Origin: Mycobacteriales bacterium
Lineage (GTDB): Bacteria; Actinomycetota; Actinomycetes; JAFAQI01
NCBI GenBank assembly: GCA_036268295.1
Contig: DATAUK010000015.1
Location: 9,527-73,526 of the forward strand
Length of the DNA: 64,000 nt
Direction of reading: 5' to 3'
Every line of letters starts with the position of its first letter. The stretch's first letter is position 1. The notes beneath the pieces were generated by a model. That model saw nothing but the letters and a program-made list of their open reading frames with translations, ran no database searches and was not told where the DNA came from. Shown one piece after another: positions 49,359-59,835 of this stretch. The position numbers were made by a program, and so were the translations under genes.

Positions 49359-50786
49359 ATGGGTGAGAACACTGGGTACGAGCGGGACGCGATCTATGTC
49401 GATGGGCAGTGGGTGCCGTCATCGGGTGAAGAGCTGATCGACGTCGAGAACCCCGCCACCGAGCAGGTCATCGGTCACGTGCCGGCAGGCACCGTGGCCG
49501 ACGTCGACCGCGCCGTGGCAGCCGCGCGCGCTGCGTTCGACGGCTGGGCCGCAACCAGCCCGGAGGAGCGAGCCAAGTACCTTTCCCGGCTGCACGATGC
49601 GATGGCGTCACGGCACGAGGAGCTCGCTTCGACCATCTCGGCCGAGATGGGCGCGCCGACCAAGCTCTCGCAGACCGTGCAGGCCGGCCTGCCACTGGCC
49701 GACATCGCCGCTGCCGCGAGCGCCGGGACCGCCGTCAGCTGGAGCGAGCAGATCGGCAACTCGACCGTCGTGCTCGAGCCGATCGGAGTCGTCGGCGCGA
49801 TCACGCCGTGGAACTATCCGCTGCACCAGGTGACGGCCAAGGTCGCGTACGCCCTCGCGGCGGGCTGCACCGTGGTCCTCAAGCCGAGTGAGGTCGCTCC
49901 GCTGTGCAGCTATTTGTTCTTCGACGCGATCCACGAGGTCGGGCTGCCGGCCGGCGTGGTCAACCTGGTGCCCGGCTATGGCACGCCGGTCGGCGAGGCG
50001 ATCGCCGCGCATCCCGACATCGACATGGTGTCCTTCACCGGCTCGACCCGCGCCGGGTCCCGGGTCGCTGAGCTCGGCGCCGCAACTGTGAAGAAGGTCG
50101 CCCTAGAGCTCGGCGGCAAGAGTGCCAACGTGATCCTGCCCGACGCGGATCTCAAGCGCGCGGTCAAGGTCGGCGTCGCCAACTGCTTCATGAACTCAGG
50201 CCAGACCTGCACGGCCTGGACCCGGATGCTGGTCAGCGACGAGCAGTACGACGAGGCAGTCGGCATCGCGGTTGAAGCGGCCGCGGCGTACCAGACCGGT
50301 GACCCGCTCGACCCCGCGACCAGGCTGGGTCCGCTGGTCTCCGGCGCGCAACGGGAGCGGGTCGCGGCCTACATCGACAAAGGCGTCGCCGAGGGCGCCC
50401 GACTGGTCACCGGCGGCAGCGAGAAGCCACACGCTCAGGGCCACTTCGTCTCCGCCACCGTCTTCGCCGACGTGACCACCGACATGACGATCGCCCAAGA
50501 GGAGATCTTCGGGCCGGTGCTGTCGATCCTGCGCTACTCCACCGAGGACGAAGCCCTCGCGATCGCCAACGACTCGATGTACGGCCTGGCCGGCGGGGTC
50601 TGGTCGGGTGACGAGGACCGCGCCAGGGTCTTCGCCCGCCGGATGCGGACCGGTCAGGTCGACATCAACGGCGGCGCGTTCAACCCGTCCGCTCCCTTCG
50701 GCGGCTACAAGCGCTCCGGGGTCGGCCGCGAGCTGGGTCGGTACGGCGTCGAGGAGTTCCTGCAGTCCAAGTCGATGCAGCTCTAA
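49359..50786 (+). CDS. Aldehyde dehydrogenase
   Basis: [45 protein letters not shown]. Confidence 0.95.
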   Translation: MGENTGYERDAIYVDGQWVPSSGEELIDVENPATEQVIGHVPAGTVADVDRAVAAARAAFDGWAATSPEERAKYLSRLHDAMASRHEELASTISAEMGAPTKLSQTVQAGLPLADIAAAASAGTAVSWSEQIGNSTVVLEPIGVVGAITPWNYPLHQVTAKVAYALAAGCTVVLKPSEVAPLCSYLFFDAIHEVGLPAGVVNLVPGYGTPVGEAIAAHPDIDMVSFTGSTRAGSRVAELGAATVKKVALELGGKSANVILPDADLKRAVKVGVANCFMNSGQTCTAWTRMLVSDEQYDEAVGIAVEAAAAYQTGDPLDPATRLGPLVSGAQRERVAAYIDKGVAEGARLVTGGSEKPHAQGHFVSATVFADVTTDMTIAQEEIFGPVLSILRYSTEDEALAIANDSMYGLAGGVWSGDEDRARVFARRMRTGQVDINGGAFNPSAPFGGYKRSGVGRELGRYGVEEFLQSKSMQL

Positions 50787-50805
50787 CGCGAAATCACGAA
50801 CGACG

Positions 50806-51297
50806 ATGCGGATCTATCTCGGCTCCGACCACGCCGGCTTCGCCCTCAAGACCCGGCTGGTCGAGCATCTCGGTGGTCTTGGTCACGAGCCGGTCGACTG
50901 CGGGCCACCCGACTACGACGACAATGACGACTATCCGCCGTACTGCCTGCTGGTCGGCACCCGCGTTGTGGCCGACCCGGACAGCCTCGGCATCGTGATC
51001 GGCGGCTCGGGCAACGGCGAGGCGATCGCCGCCAACAAAGTGCCAGGCGTGCGCTGCGCGCTCGCGTTTAGCGACGACACCGCCCGGCTCGGCCGCGAGC
51101 ACAACAACGCCAACGTGCTCAGTCTCGGCGCCCGGATGTACGACGAGGACACCGCGGTAGGCTTCGCCGAGCGGTTCGTCGCGACGCCGTTCAGCGAGGG
51201 CGAGCGTCACCTGCGGCGGCTGGCGTTGCTGGCCGACTACGAACAGACCGGCGTGCTGCCGCCGCGCCGGGAGGATGTGGCAGCGGGCGACCGCTGA
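50806..51297 (+). CDS. rpiB: Ribose-5-phosphate isomerase B
   Basis: YLGSDHAG, GGSGNGEAIAANK (actinobacterial Glu type), REHNNAN, RHLRR. Confidence 0.95.
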   Translation: MRIYLGSDHAGFALKTRLVEHLGGLGHEPVDCGPPDYDDNDDYPPYCLLVGTRVVADPDSLGIVIGGSGNGEAIAANKVPGVRCALAFSDDTARLGREHNNANVLSLGARMYDEDTAVGFAERFVATPFSEGERHLRRLALLADYEQTGVLPPRREDVAAGDR

Positions 51298-51369
51298 GCC
51301 CGGGTGGAGCGATCCCGGCACCCCCACCCCGTGTCGACTCGCCCGAATCCGCACTATTGTCCTGGGACT

Positions 51370-52476
51370 ATGGCGCCGACGAAGATCATCGAGCGAAGCG
51401 CCGTAGTGCGGGTACGGCGCTGGTTGGGGCTGTTCGTCGCGCCGGAGTCCACCCGTGGCAAGCGGGTCGCGCTGATCGCGCTGATCATCCTCGCGGCGCT
51501 GTGCTCGGTGCTGAACGCCGCGTTCGGGTCCGGCGCCTTCCCGATTCTCACCGTCGTGGTGCCGCTGGTGTTCGCTGGGTTGCTGCTGGAGCCACGGCCG
51601 TTGCTGGTCGAGCTCGTCGCGTGTGTCGGGGTGCTTCTCGCTGCCAATCTCGGGATCGGCAACACCGCCGTGCATCCCGGCGCCTACATCCTGGTCCTGA
51701 TCGTGGCCGGGATCGCGTTCCAGCAGTCGGTCGACCGGCAGCGGCTGGGACTTTCGGTCGGGCGCGGTGAGCAGATGCTGATCGAGCTCCGCGACCGGCT
51801 CCGGCTGCAAGGCCAGCTGCCGGAGATGCCGTCGGGCTGGCATGCCGAGATCGAGCAGCAATCAGCCGGCGGAGCCAGTTTCGGCGGTGACTTCCTGGTC
51901 GCTACCTTGACCGACAGCGGTCGCTCGATGGAGCTGGCCCTGGTCGATGTGTCCGGCAAGGGCGTCGACGCCGGCACCCGCGCGCTGATGCTGTCCGGCG
52001 CGCTCGGTGGCCTGCTCGGCGCGGTTCCGCCGAAACGGTTTCTCACCGGCGCCAACGACTACCTGCTGCGCCAGGAGTGGGGCGAGGGATTCGCGACCGC
52101 CATGCACCTCACCATCGATCTCGGCACCGGTCACTATCGGCTGACCAACGCCGGTCACCCGCCGGCGGTGCACTACGTCGGCGGCACCGGCAGGTGGGAG
52201 GTCGTCGAGCCGCAAGGAACGGTGCTGGGCCTGTTGAGCGACGCCGAGTTCGGCGCGGTCGAAGGACAGATTCGCCCGTACGACGCGCTGCTGCTCTACA
52301 CCGACGGGCTGGTCGAGATCCCGGGTCGCGATCTTGCGGTCGGCATCGACAAGCTGCTCGGCGCCGCCGAGAAGCTGATCCCGCGCGGCTTCGACGGCGG
52401 CGCGATCCGGCTGATGCACGACGTGGCACCGACCGCCAAGGATGATTGCGCGTTGGTACTGCTCTGGCGGACCTAG
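51370..52476 (+). CDS. SpoIIE/RsbU-like PP2C phosphatase with N-terminal TM segments
   Basis: GGDF, VDVSGKG, NAGHPP, LYTDGLVE, KDDCALV. Confidence 0.9.
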   Translation: MAPTKIIERSAVVRVRRWLGLFVAPESTRGKRVALIALIILAALCSVLNAAFGSGAFPILTVVVPLVFAGLLLEPRPLLVELVACVGVLLAANLGIGNTAVHPGAYILVLIVAGIAFQQSVDRQRLGLSVGRGEQMLIELRDRLRLQGQLPEMPSGWHAEIEQQSAGGASFGGDFLVATLTDSGRSMELALVDVSGKGVDAGTRALMLSGALGGLLGAVPPKRFLTGANDYLLRQEWGEGFATAMHLTIDLGTGHYRLTNAGHPPAVHYVGGTGRWEVVEPQGTVLGLLSDAEFGAVEGQIRPYDALLLYTDGLVEIPGRDLAVGIDKLLGAAEKLIPRGFDGGAIRLMHDVAPTAKDDCALVLLWRT

Positions 52477-53639
52477 CCGTCCTGGGCCTGGGTGATCGCT
52501 CCTGAGGCCAGCAAGGCCTCGACGGTTGCCGGCTCGATTCCCCAGTCGGTGAGCGCCTCGATGGTGTCCGCGCCGGCTGGTCGCGGCGGCCGGCCGAGCT
52601 GACCGGGAGTGCGCGACAGCCGAGGGGCTACCGCGGGCTGCACGACTCCGTCGACGTCGACGAGGGTCTGGCGGGCGACCAGGTGCGGATCGGCTGCCGC
52701 CTCGCCGAGCCGCCAGACCGGCGACACGCAGGCGTCGACGCCGTCGAAGTCCCCGATCCATTCGGCCCGGGTCTTCGACGCGAACTTCTCCGCCAGCAGC
52801 TCCCGCATTCGCGGCCATTGCTCCCGGTCGGCCTGCCCCGGCAGGCCGGGGATATCGAGCACCCGGACCAGCTCGGCAAAGAACTGCGCCTCCAGTGCGC
52901 CGACCGCCATGTATTCGCCGTCGGCACAGCGGTAGGTGTCGTAGTAGGGAGTGCCGCCATCGAGCAGGTTGCTGCCTCGCTCGTCGCTCATCATCCCGGC
53001 GCCGCGCTGGCTGTGTGCCATCGCCAGCAGGCTCGAGACGCCATCGACCATCGCCACGTCGATCACCTGGCCGAGGCCGCTGGTCGCGCGCTCGACCAGC
53101 GCGGCGAGCACGCCGGTGACGCAATACATCGCGCCACCGCCGAAGTCGGCGACCAGGTTGAGCGGCGGCACCGGTTTCCGGCCGGCCTCACCGATGGCGG
53201 AGATCGCGCCGGTGATCGCGGCGTAGTCGATGTCGTGCCCGACCCGAGCGGCGAGCGGCCCGTCCTGACCCCAGCCGGTCATCCGGGCGTAGACCAGCCG
53301 CGGGTTCGACGTCTGGCATTGCGCCGGTCCGAGACCGAGTCGCTCCGCGACGCCGGGCCGGAACGCCTCGACGAGCACGTCCGCCGACTTCACCAGGTCA
53401 AGGGTCAACGCGGCCGCCCCCGGCGCCTTGAGATCGATCGCGACCGAACGCCGCCCGCGGGAGAGGATGTTGTGCTTGCCCATGACCGCCGCCACGCCGC
53501 CGTCGGGCCGCTCGAGCCGGAGCACTTCGGCGCCGAGGTCGGCGAGGAGCATGCAGGCGAACGGCGCCGGTCCGATTCCGGCCAGCTCGATGACATTGAT
53601 GCCCGCGAGTGGTCCGTTCGAAGGCGGTGCGGCGCTCAC
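52473..53639 (-). CDS. CaiB/BaiF CoA-transferase III, alpha-methylacyl-CoA racemase (Mcr)-like
   Basis: ELAGIGPAPF, EAFRPGVAERLGLGP, GHDIDY, ADFGGG, AMVDG, VAPRLSRTP. Confidence 0.92.
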   Translation of the reverse strand: MSAAPPSNGPLAGINVIELAGIGPAPFACMLLADLGAEVLRLERPDGGVAAVMGKHNILSRGRRSVAIDLKAPGAAALTLDLVKSADVLVEAFRPGVAERLGLGPAQCQTSNPRLVYARMTGWGQDGPLAARVGHDIDYAAITGAISAIGEAGRKPVPPLNLVADFGGGAMYCVTGVLAALVERATSGLGQVIDVAMVDGVSSLLAMAHSQRGAGMMSDERGSNLLDGGTPYYDTYRCADGEYMAVGALEAQFFAELVRVLDIPGLPGQADREQWPRMRELLAEKFASKTRAEWIGDFDGVDACVSPVWRLGEAAADPHLVARQTLVDVDGVVQPAVAPRLSRTPGQLGRPPRPAGADTIEALTDWGIEPATVEALLASGAITQAQDG

Positions 53640-54370
53640 CGGGTCACGGTAGCGGTGCGGCCCATGATGATCCGCGGGTGATCGGCCGGGTTGAGCCAGC
53701 GCAGCAGTTGGATCACGTGCGGGCGCGGCAGCGCGACGCACCCCGAGGTCGGGCTGTGGTGCGTCACGTGAAGGAAGATCGCGCTGCCGCGCCCGGGCGT
53801 CCGCGCGGTGTTGTAGGCGATGACGGCGACATCGTCGTACGACGGCGGCGCGTCCATCGGCTCCGGGTCGCTGCCGGCTAGGTGACGGGTGTTGACCCAG
53901 GTGTTGTAGCGCGGGCTCGACGGGTCGTCGTCCCAGTAGTCGTGCGGTCCGGCGTGCCGCCAGGGGTAGCGCACGCCGGGGTTGGCGTCGACGCCGAAGA
54001 AGAACGAGAAGTGGTAGGAGCCGGTGGGGACCTTGCCGTCGCCCTCGCGCTTCTTGCCCGGATGCGCGAAGCCGTTGCGGGCGATCCAGGCCGACCATGG
54101 CCCGGCCACCCGGTGCCATCCGCTCGCGGTCTTGGCGAATGCCTGCACCGTCGCGTGGACCGATCCGTAGTGCGGGGTCGTGACCGAGATGACTTGGGTC
54201 GCGCTGTGGATGCCTTTGAGCCTGGTCACAAGCAGTTTCGAGGCGGCGTGACCGGTCACCGCGACGCGGCCGTCAGCGGCGTGTGATGCGGCAGGCGCGG
54301 CGACCGTGCCACCGACCGTGCCGCCGATGGCGAGCAGGGCGGCGAGGACCGCGGTGGCAGGCCGGCTCAT
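53636..54370 (-). CDS. Secreted L,D-transpeptidase (YkuD-like) family protein
   Basis: AGGAG RBS, signal peptide, KREGDGKVPTG, GSAIFLH...TSGCVAL. Confidence 0.88.
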   Translation of the reverse strand: MSRPATAVLAALLAIGGTVGGTVAAPAASHAADGRVAVTGHAASKLLVTRLKGIHSATQVISVTTPHYGSVHATVQAFAKTASGWHRVAGPWSAWIARNGFAHPGKKREGDGKVPTGSYHFSFFFGVDANPGVRYPWRHAGPHDYWDDDPSSPRYNTWVNTRHLAGSDPEPMDAPPSYDDVAVIAYNTARTPGRGSAIFLHVTHHSPTSGCVALPRPHVIQLLRWLNPADHPRIIMGRTATVTR

Positions 54371-54440
54371 CCCGCTCCTACTCTCGTCATGTGCACGCTT
54401 CAACGCTATGCCGAGCCGTGACGGGGCTCGTCGCCGGCCG

Positions 54441-55421
54441 ATGACTGCCCTCGCACCGCTCACCGTCGGCAGGTTCTTCTCGACCTGGCGGTTCGATCCG
54501 TGGGTGAGCTCGGCCGTGCTGCTGCTGCTGGTGGGCTATGTCGCCGGGGCGCGGGCGGCCGCCCGCCGCGGCACCAGCTGGCCGATGTCGCGCACCGCCT
54601 GGTTTGTGGGGCTCGGGCTCGCCCCGATCGTGGTCGCGACGATGTCCTCGGTCGACGTCTACTCCCGGGTGCTGCTCTGGCCGATGGCGCTGGAAGTCGC
54701 GTTGCTGCTCACGATCGTGCCGGTCGGGTTGGCGCTGGGCGATCCGCTCGGGCTGGTGACCGTGTCGCTGTCGCCGGGCGGCGCCGATCGCTGGCATCGG
54801 GTGCTTCGCAATCCGCTGGTGCGACTGCTGACGTTTCCGGCGGTCTCACCGGTCCTGGCGGTGGTCACCCAGTTCGTCGTCTTCTACTCCGGTTACATCG
54901 GCGCGGCCGAGCGGCACTCGTGGGTCATGCATCTGCTCCAGCTGCAGCTGGTCGTGACCGGCTGCCTGTTTGCGCTGCCGCTGCTCGGGGTCGAGGCACT
55001 TCCGGCGTGGTGCACCCAGCCGGTCCGGATGACGATCGCCGCGTTCGACGGGCTGCTCGACGCGATCCCGGGAATCGCGGTGATGACCAGCAGCTCGCTG
55101 CTCGCGGGCGGCTATTACGCGACGATCCGCCGGTCGTGGGGCCCGACCCGCAGCTGGGACCAGGCCATCGGCGGTGGCCTCATGCTCACCCTCGCCGAGG
55201 TGGTCGCGATCCCGTTCGTCGCGGTCCTCTACCGCGCCTGGATCCGAGAGGACGCCACCCGCGCCGCAGCCGTCGACCGAGAGCTTGACCTCGAGGAGAT
55301 GCGGCACGACCAGACGGCGCACGACGGCGACCAACCGGCGAACCGGCCGTGGTGGGAGACCAATCCCGGGCCGCTTGCCGACCGGGCCTCGCGTTACGGC
55401 TGGACCGAGAAGGACAGCTGA
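54441..55421 (+). CDS. Cytochrome c oxidase assembly (Caa3_CtaG) family membrane protein, divergent
   Basis: WRFDPW, WPMSRT.WF, IVP..LALGDP, DQAIGGGLM; canonical His motifs altered. Confidence 0.8.
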   Translation: MTALAPLTVGRFFSTWRFDPWVSSAVLLLLVGYVAGARAAARRGTSWPMSRTAWFVGLGLAPIVVATMSSVDVYSRVLLWPMALEVALLLTIVPVGLALGDPLGLVTVSLSPGGADRWHRVLRNPLVRLLTFPAVSPVLAVVTQFVVFYSGYIGAAERHSWVMHLLQLQLVVTGCLFALPLLGVEALPAWCTQPVRMTIAAFDGLLDAIPGIAVMTSSSLLAGGYYATIRRSWGPTRSWDQAIGGGLMLTLAEVVAIPFVAVLYRAWIREDATRAAAVDRELDLEEMRHDQTAHDGDQPANRPWWETNPGPLADRASRYGWTEKDS

Positions 55422-55423
55422 GA

Positions 55424-55576
55424 TCAGCCGACCGGCGCGGCGAAGCTGCGTGCGGCGGGTGCCGGCGAGGGATCGCTCAGCCGGGCCGGCTGGCCGATCG
55501 CGATGCTCGCGGTCAGGAACTCTTCGAGCCGGTAGGGATCGCGCAGCCGCAGCCACGTCACCACCCTGACCGTCAC
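55424..55576 (-). pseudogene. 50-codon ORF with coding-like codon bias; small protein or gene remnant
   Basis: About 45 of 50 third positions are G/C; VTVRVVTWLRLRDPYRLEEFLTASIAIGQ...; weak RBS. Confidence 0.35.
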
Positions 55577-55728
55577 TTTCGCCGCCCCAAGCTGCAAACT
55601 TCGAGTTCGGCCCAGTATTGCGAACCGGACGGCTTGTTCTCGCAAGGATCTGTCGATCCGGCGTCAGCTCGTCCGTCGTATCGGTGAGTGCCGGCGGAGG
55701 ACCGGTTCCAGTAGCGAAAGGACCAGCA

Positions 55729-56010
55729 ATGGCCAACTTCATCCTGACCTTCCGTGCGCCCGAGGACACCCAGACCGGCGATGAGAGCGCGTGGATGCAG
55801 TGGTTCGGCGAGCTCGGCGGTGCGATCGTCGACATGGGCAGCCGGGTTGGTGCAACCAGCCCGCTCGGCGCCGCGCCTTCGGACAGTGTGGTGACCGGCT
55901 TCACCACGATCAAGGCCGACAACCTCGAGGCAGCCGTGCTGCTCGCCAAGGGCTGCCCGGCGATCGCGCACGGCGGCGGCGTGGAGGTCGGCGAGCTCAT
56001 CGCGATGTGA
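55729..56010 (+). CDS. YciI-family (dimeric alpha-beta barrel) protein
   Basis: GAAAGGA RBS; WMQWFGELG.AIVDMG, GFTTIKADNLEAAV.LAKGCP, GGVEVGE. Confidence 0.85.
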   Translation: MANFILTFRAPEDTQTGDESAWMQWFGELGGAIVDMGSRVGATSPLGAAPSDSVVTGFTTIKADNLEAAVLLAKGCPAIAHGGGVEVGELIAM

Positions 56011-56058
56011 CCCATCGGCGGCGGGGCGTGGGTCAGGTCGGACCGCGCCGCGCCGCCG

Positions 56059-57108
56059 TCACTCGCTCCAGGCGACGACGGATCCGTCGACGCTGACCGC
56101 GGCGATCGACCCGCGCGGCCACTCGACCCCGCCGCGGACCCGTACGACGAGCAGCTCCGGTCCGCCGGAATGCAGCGACTTGAGGCGAACGATCGCGTCA
56201 TGGCCGTAGAACTCCTGGTCCACGACTTCGCAGGCGGCCGAGTCGTCGGCGTCGCCCGGCGAGAGCAGCAGCTGCTCGGGCCGGACCATCACCGTGGCGG
56301 TTGCACCGCGACTCAGGGTCGTGGGGGCGTCGAGCAGCGACAGCCGGCCGAGCGCGGTCCTCACCGCCTTGCCGTCGAAGCTGCCGGTGAGCAGGTTCAC
56401 GTCGCCGACGAAGTGCGCGAGATCGGCGTCGACCGGCCGCGAGTAGACCGCATGCGGGCTGTCGAACTGCGCGATCACTCCGTCGCGAATGACCGCGACG
56501 GAGTTGGACATCGACAGCGCCTCGTCCTGATCGTGGGTCACCAGTAGCGCGGTCGCTCCGGCGTCGCGAAGGATGTGCGCCACGTCGGCTCGCACGCTCG
56601 CGCGCAGCGAGGCGTCGAGCGAGGCGAACGGCTCGTCGAGAAGAACCAGCCGGGGCTGGACCGCTAGCGCTCTTGCCAGCGCGACCCGTTGCTGCTGGCC
56701 GCCGGAGAGCTGATGTGGATAGCTGCGGGCGCGGTCGGCCAGCCCGATCATGTCGAGCAGCGTCGCGACCCGTTGCTTGGACTCGGCGCCTCGAGAGAGG
56801 CCGAAGCGGATGTTGCCGGCGACCGTCAGGTGGGGAAACAAGTTGCCTTCCTGCGGTACGTAACCGATCCCACGGCGTTCCGGCGCGACGAAGTGGGTGG
56901 CGTCATCGACGATCTCGCCGTCGAGCTCGACCGATCCGGCCTGCGCTTGCTCGAACCCGCAGATCACCCGCAGCAACGTGGTCTTGCCGCTGCCGGACGG
57001 GCCGAGGATCGCCGTCAGTGTGCCCGACTCCACCTGAAGGTCGACTCCGGTCAGCACCGGTTTCGCGCCGAACCCCTTGACGAGTCCGGACACCACCAGG
57101 GCTGTCAC
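56059..57108 (-). CDS. Fe3+ ABC transporter ATP-binding protein (FbpC/SfuC-like)
   Basis: GPSGSGKTT, VPQEGNLFPHL, LSGGQQQR, LDEPFASLD, THDQDEA, TOBE tail; start approximate. Confidence 0.9.
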   Translation of the reverse strand: MTALVVSGLVKGFGAKPVLTGVDLQVESGTLTAILGPSGSGKTTLLRVICGFEQAQAGSVELDGEIVDDATHFVAPERRGIGYVPQEGNLFPHLTVAGNIRFGLSRGAESKQRVATLLDMIGLADRARSYPHQLSGGQQQRVALARALAVQPRLVLLDEPFASLDASLRASVRADVAHILRDAGATALLVTHDQDEALSMSNSVAVIRDGVIAQFDSPHAVYSRPVDADLAHFVGDVNLLTGSFDGKAVRTALGRLSLLDAPTTLSRGATATVMVRPEQLLLSPGDADDSAACEVVDQEFYGHDAIVRLKSLHSGGPELLVVRVRGGVEWPRGSIAAVSVDGSVVAWSE

Positions 57109-57122
57109 GAAGCGGTCACTCG

Positions 57123-58703
57123 CTACACCGCCTTTGCGGGAAGTCGGTCGAACCATCGTCCGAGAACGAGGCTCGGCACCGCGGCAATGCCCATCATCAG
57201 CAGCGCAAACGGCGCCGCTTGACTGTAGGACAGGTTCGTCTGGTACTGCCAGAACTGGGTGGCCAGCGTCTGCACCCCGGTCGGGATCAGGATCAGGGTC
57301 GCGGTCAGCTCGGTCACCACCGACAGGAAGACCAGGCAGAACGCCGCGGCCAGTCCCGGCGCGATCAGTGGCAGCGTCACCCGCAGCAGCACCGAGACCC
57401 GGCCCCGACCGAGCGAGCGGGCCACGTCCTCCAGTCGCGCCGGCGCTCGCATGACGGACGCGCGGACCGCGACCAGCGCGAGCGGGAAGAACAGGATCGC
57501 GTAGGCCAGCACCAACAACGTCGCGCTTTGGTAGAGGTGTCCGCCGGCGTACCGCTCCACGAAGTAGGACAGCGCGAGTGCCGTGACCAGGCCCGGCATC
57601 GCGAGCACCAGCAGCGTGCTCCGCTCGAGCAGGTTGCCGAGTCGGCCGGGATGGCGCACCGAGAGCAATGCGATCGGCAGCGCCGCGACCGTGGCGATCG
57701 CGCCCGCGCCGGCGGCGTAAAGCGCGGTGTGCGCGGTCGCGCTGCCGAGCGAGACCCCGGTGATCGCGGGTGGGCCGCCCTGCACCATCCAGTAGATAGC
57801 AGCGCCGACCGGCACACCGATCGCGAGTCCGATCAGTGCCAGAAAACCGAGCAGCACCGGGATCTTCGCGCGGCCGAGGTCATGGCGGCGGGTGACCCGC
57901 TGGGCGTGCGAGCCGGTGCGCGCGACCTGACCGTGTGACCGCAGTCGCAGGTCGCCGCCGACGGCCACGATCGACAGCGCGACCAGCACCAGTGAGAGCG
58001 CGCACGCGCCCGGCAGGTCGAACGCGACGTGAAACTCGGTGAAGATCTCGGTGGTGAAGGTGCGATAGCTCAGGATCTCGAACGCGCCGTACTCCGCGAG
58101 CATGACCAGCGAGACGAGCAGGCAGCCGCCGAGGATCGCGCCGCGGGCCTGCCCGACGGTCACCCGCCAGAACGTCCGCAGCCGGCCGACGCCGAGGCTG
58201 CCCGACATCTCTTCTTGGGACGGGTCGGCGTTGCGAAGGCTCGCTGCGACCGGCAGGTGCACCAGCGGATAGACCGCGAGGGTCATCACGAGCACCGCGC
58301 CATGGAATCCGACGACATGGTTCGACAGCGACGTCCAGCCGAAGCTGACGACGAAGTCGGGAATCGCGAGCGGTACGACGACAAGCACCGCCCATACCTG
58401 GCGGCCGGGGAGGTTGGTGCGCTCGATGCACCACGCGGTCGCCGTACCGATCACCGCGCACAGCACGGTCACCACGACGGTCAGCCGGACCGTGTTCCAC
58501 AGCAGCGTCAGGGTGAGGCGCCGGTCGATCAGCTGGCGCACCTCGGACCAGCCGGCGTGGTCGGTGAGGATGAACAGGAACACCAGCGGCAGCGCCATGA
58601 TGGCCGCGATGAGCACGCTCAGCCCGAGCAGCGTCCGTGGCGTCCGTGGCGTCCGTCGGTGCAACCGGGTAGTGCTCGGCGCGACTGGAGCGATGACCGC
58701 CAT
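57123..58703 (-). CDS. Fe3+ ABC transporter permease (FbpB/SfuB-like)
   Basis: Two EAA loops (EEMSGSLG, EDVARSLG), ELTATLILIPTG. Confidence 0.92.
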   Translation of the reverse strand: MAVIAPVAPSTTRLHRRTPRTPRTLLGLSVLIAAIMALPLVFLFILTDHAGWSEVRQLIDRRLTLTLLWNTVRLTVVVTVLCAVIGTATAWCIERTNLPGRQVWAVLVVVPLAIPDFVVSFGWTSLSNHVVGFHGAVLVMTLAVYPLVHLPVAASLRNADPSQEEMSGSLGVGRLRTFWRVTVGQARGAILGGCLLVSLVMLAEYGAFEILSYRTFTTEIFTEFHVAFDLPGACALSLVLVALSIVAVGGDLRLRSHGQVARTGSHAQRVTRRHDLGRAKIPVLLGFLALIGLAIGVPVGAAIYWMVQGGPPAITGVSLGSATAHTALYAAGAGAIATVAALPIALLSVRHPGRLGNLLERSTLLVLAMPGLVTALALSYFVERYAGGHLYQSATLLVLAYAILFFPLALVAVRASVMRAPARLEDVARSLGRGRVSVLLRVTLPLIAPGLAAAFCLVFLSVVTELTATLILIPTGVQTLATQFWQYQTNLSYSQAAPFALLMMGIAAVPSLVLGRWFDRLPAKAV

Positions 58704-58728
58704 CAGCCGGATGCCTGCCGCGCCGGGC

Positions 58729-59814
58729 TCACAGCAGCTGGGCCTGTTTCATCAGGTTGACCGCGGCCTGGCCGTCGCCGAGCTGCTCGAGGTCGATCGG
58801 GTTGGGCCGCAGCTGGTTGAACGGCGTTTCGGGCGCACCACGGCTGACGCCGGAAGCGATCGGATATTCGAAGCTGTCGCTGTGCGCGATGATCTCCTGC
58901 CCGGCCGGGCTGTTGAGGTAGGCGAGGAACTGTTGCGCGGCGGCCTGATGCTTGCTGCTCGCGAGAACCGCGGCACCTGACACGTCGAGCACGTAGCCCG
59001 GGTCGTGTGGCGCGAAGTAGGCGATCTGGGAGTGGTACTTCGACGTACCGATCTCGGCGCCGAGGCGGTACCAGTAGTACTGGTTGATCAGGCCGAAGGC
59101 GACCTTGCCGTCGTTGACGTCGCTCGCGATCGTCTCGTTGTCGGGGTAGTCGTGGCTGCCGGCGTTGGCCTTGAGCCCCTTGAGCCAGGCCAGCGTGCGG
59201 GCGCTGCCGTACTGCTTGATCATCGAGGTGACGACTGGCTGGAAGTCGGTCTCGCCGGGCGCGATCGCGAGCTTGCCCTGGTATTGCGGGTCGGCGAGGG
59301 CGAGCGCGGTCTTGGGCAGTTGGCTGGCCGAGATCAATGACGGGTCGTAGTCCAGAACGCTGACCCGCGCCGAGATGCCGAGCCAGTCGCCCTGCGGCGA
59401 GTTGTACTTCGACGGTGTCTTGGCCAGCGTCGTTGGGTCGACCTTGGCGAGCAGGTTGTGCTCCTGCAGGAACTGCAGCGCCGGAGTGTTCTCGGTGTAG
59501 ATCACATCGGCGGGGGAGTGCGAGCCTTCGGTGAGGATCTGGTCGTCGAAGACATCCTCGTCATCGTTGCGGACCTTGACCTTGATGCCGGTCTTCTTCT
59601 CGAACCCGGCGACCAGCGCATCCGTGGTCTGCTCATGCTGACCGTTGTAGAGCGTGATCGTCTGGGACCCGGCCGACGACGAGCCGGTGGACTGCGAGCC
59701 GCTCGGCGCAGTGCCGCCCGAGTTCGACGAGCCGCAGCCGGCCAGAGCGAGGACCGCGGCGACCGCGGTCGCTGCGGCCGCGATCGTGGTCGGGCGTGGC
59801 CGGGACACCGGCAT
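58729..59814 (-). CDS. Fe3+ ABC transporter substrate-binding lipoprotein (FbpA/FutA-like)
   Basis: Lipobox LAGC; LYNGQHEQ, SPADVIYTEN, SARVSV, LINQYYWYR, SFEYP; IdeR box upstream. Confidence 0.92.
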   Translation of the reverse strand: MPVSRPRPTTIAAAATAVAAVLALAGCGSSNSGGTAPSGSQSTGSSSAGSQTITLYNGQHEQTTDALVAGFEKKTGIKVKVRNDDEDVFDDQILTEGSHSPADVIYTENTPALQFLQEHNLLAKVDPTTLAKTPSKYNSPQGDWLGISARVSVLDYDPSLISASQLPKTALALADPQYQGKLAIAPGETDFQPVVTSMIKQYGSARTLAWLKGLKANAGSHDYPDNETIASDVNDGKVAFGLINQYYWYRLGAEIGTSKYHSQIAYFAPHDPGYVLDVSGAAVLASSKHQAAAQQFLAYLNSPAGQEIIAHSDSFEYPIASGVSRGAPETPFNQLRPNPIDLEQLGDGQAAVNLMKQAQLL

Positions 59815-59835
59815 GGAGCGATCCTTTCGACTCGA

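Noticed and set aside
58631-58657. 9-bp tandem repeat GCGTCCGTG (~3 copies) in the iron permease N-terminus
   Set aside because: In-frame low-complexity RTP repeat; cannot cause phase variation by frameshift
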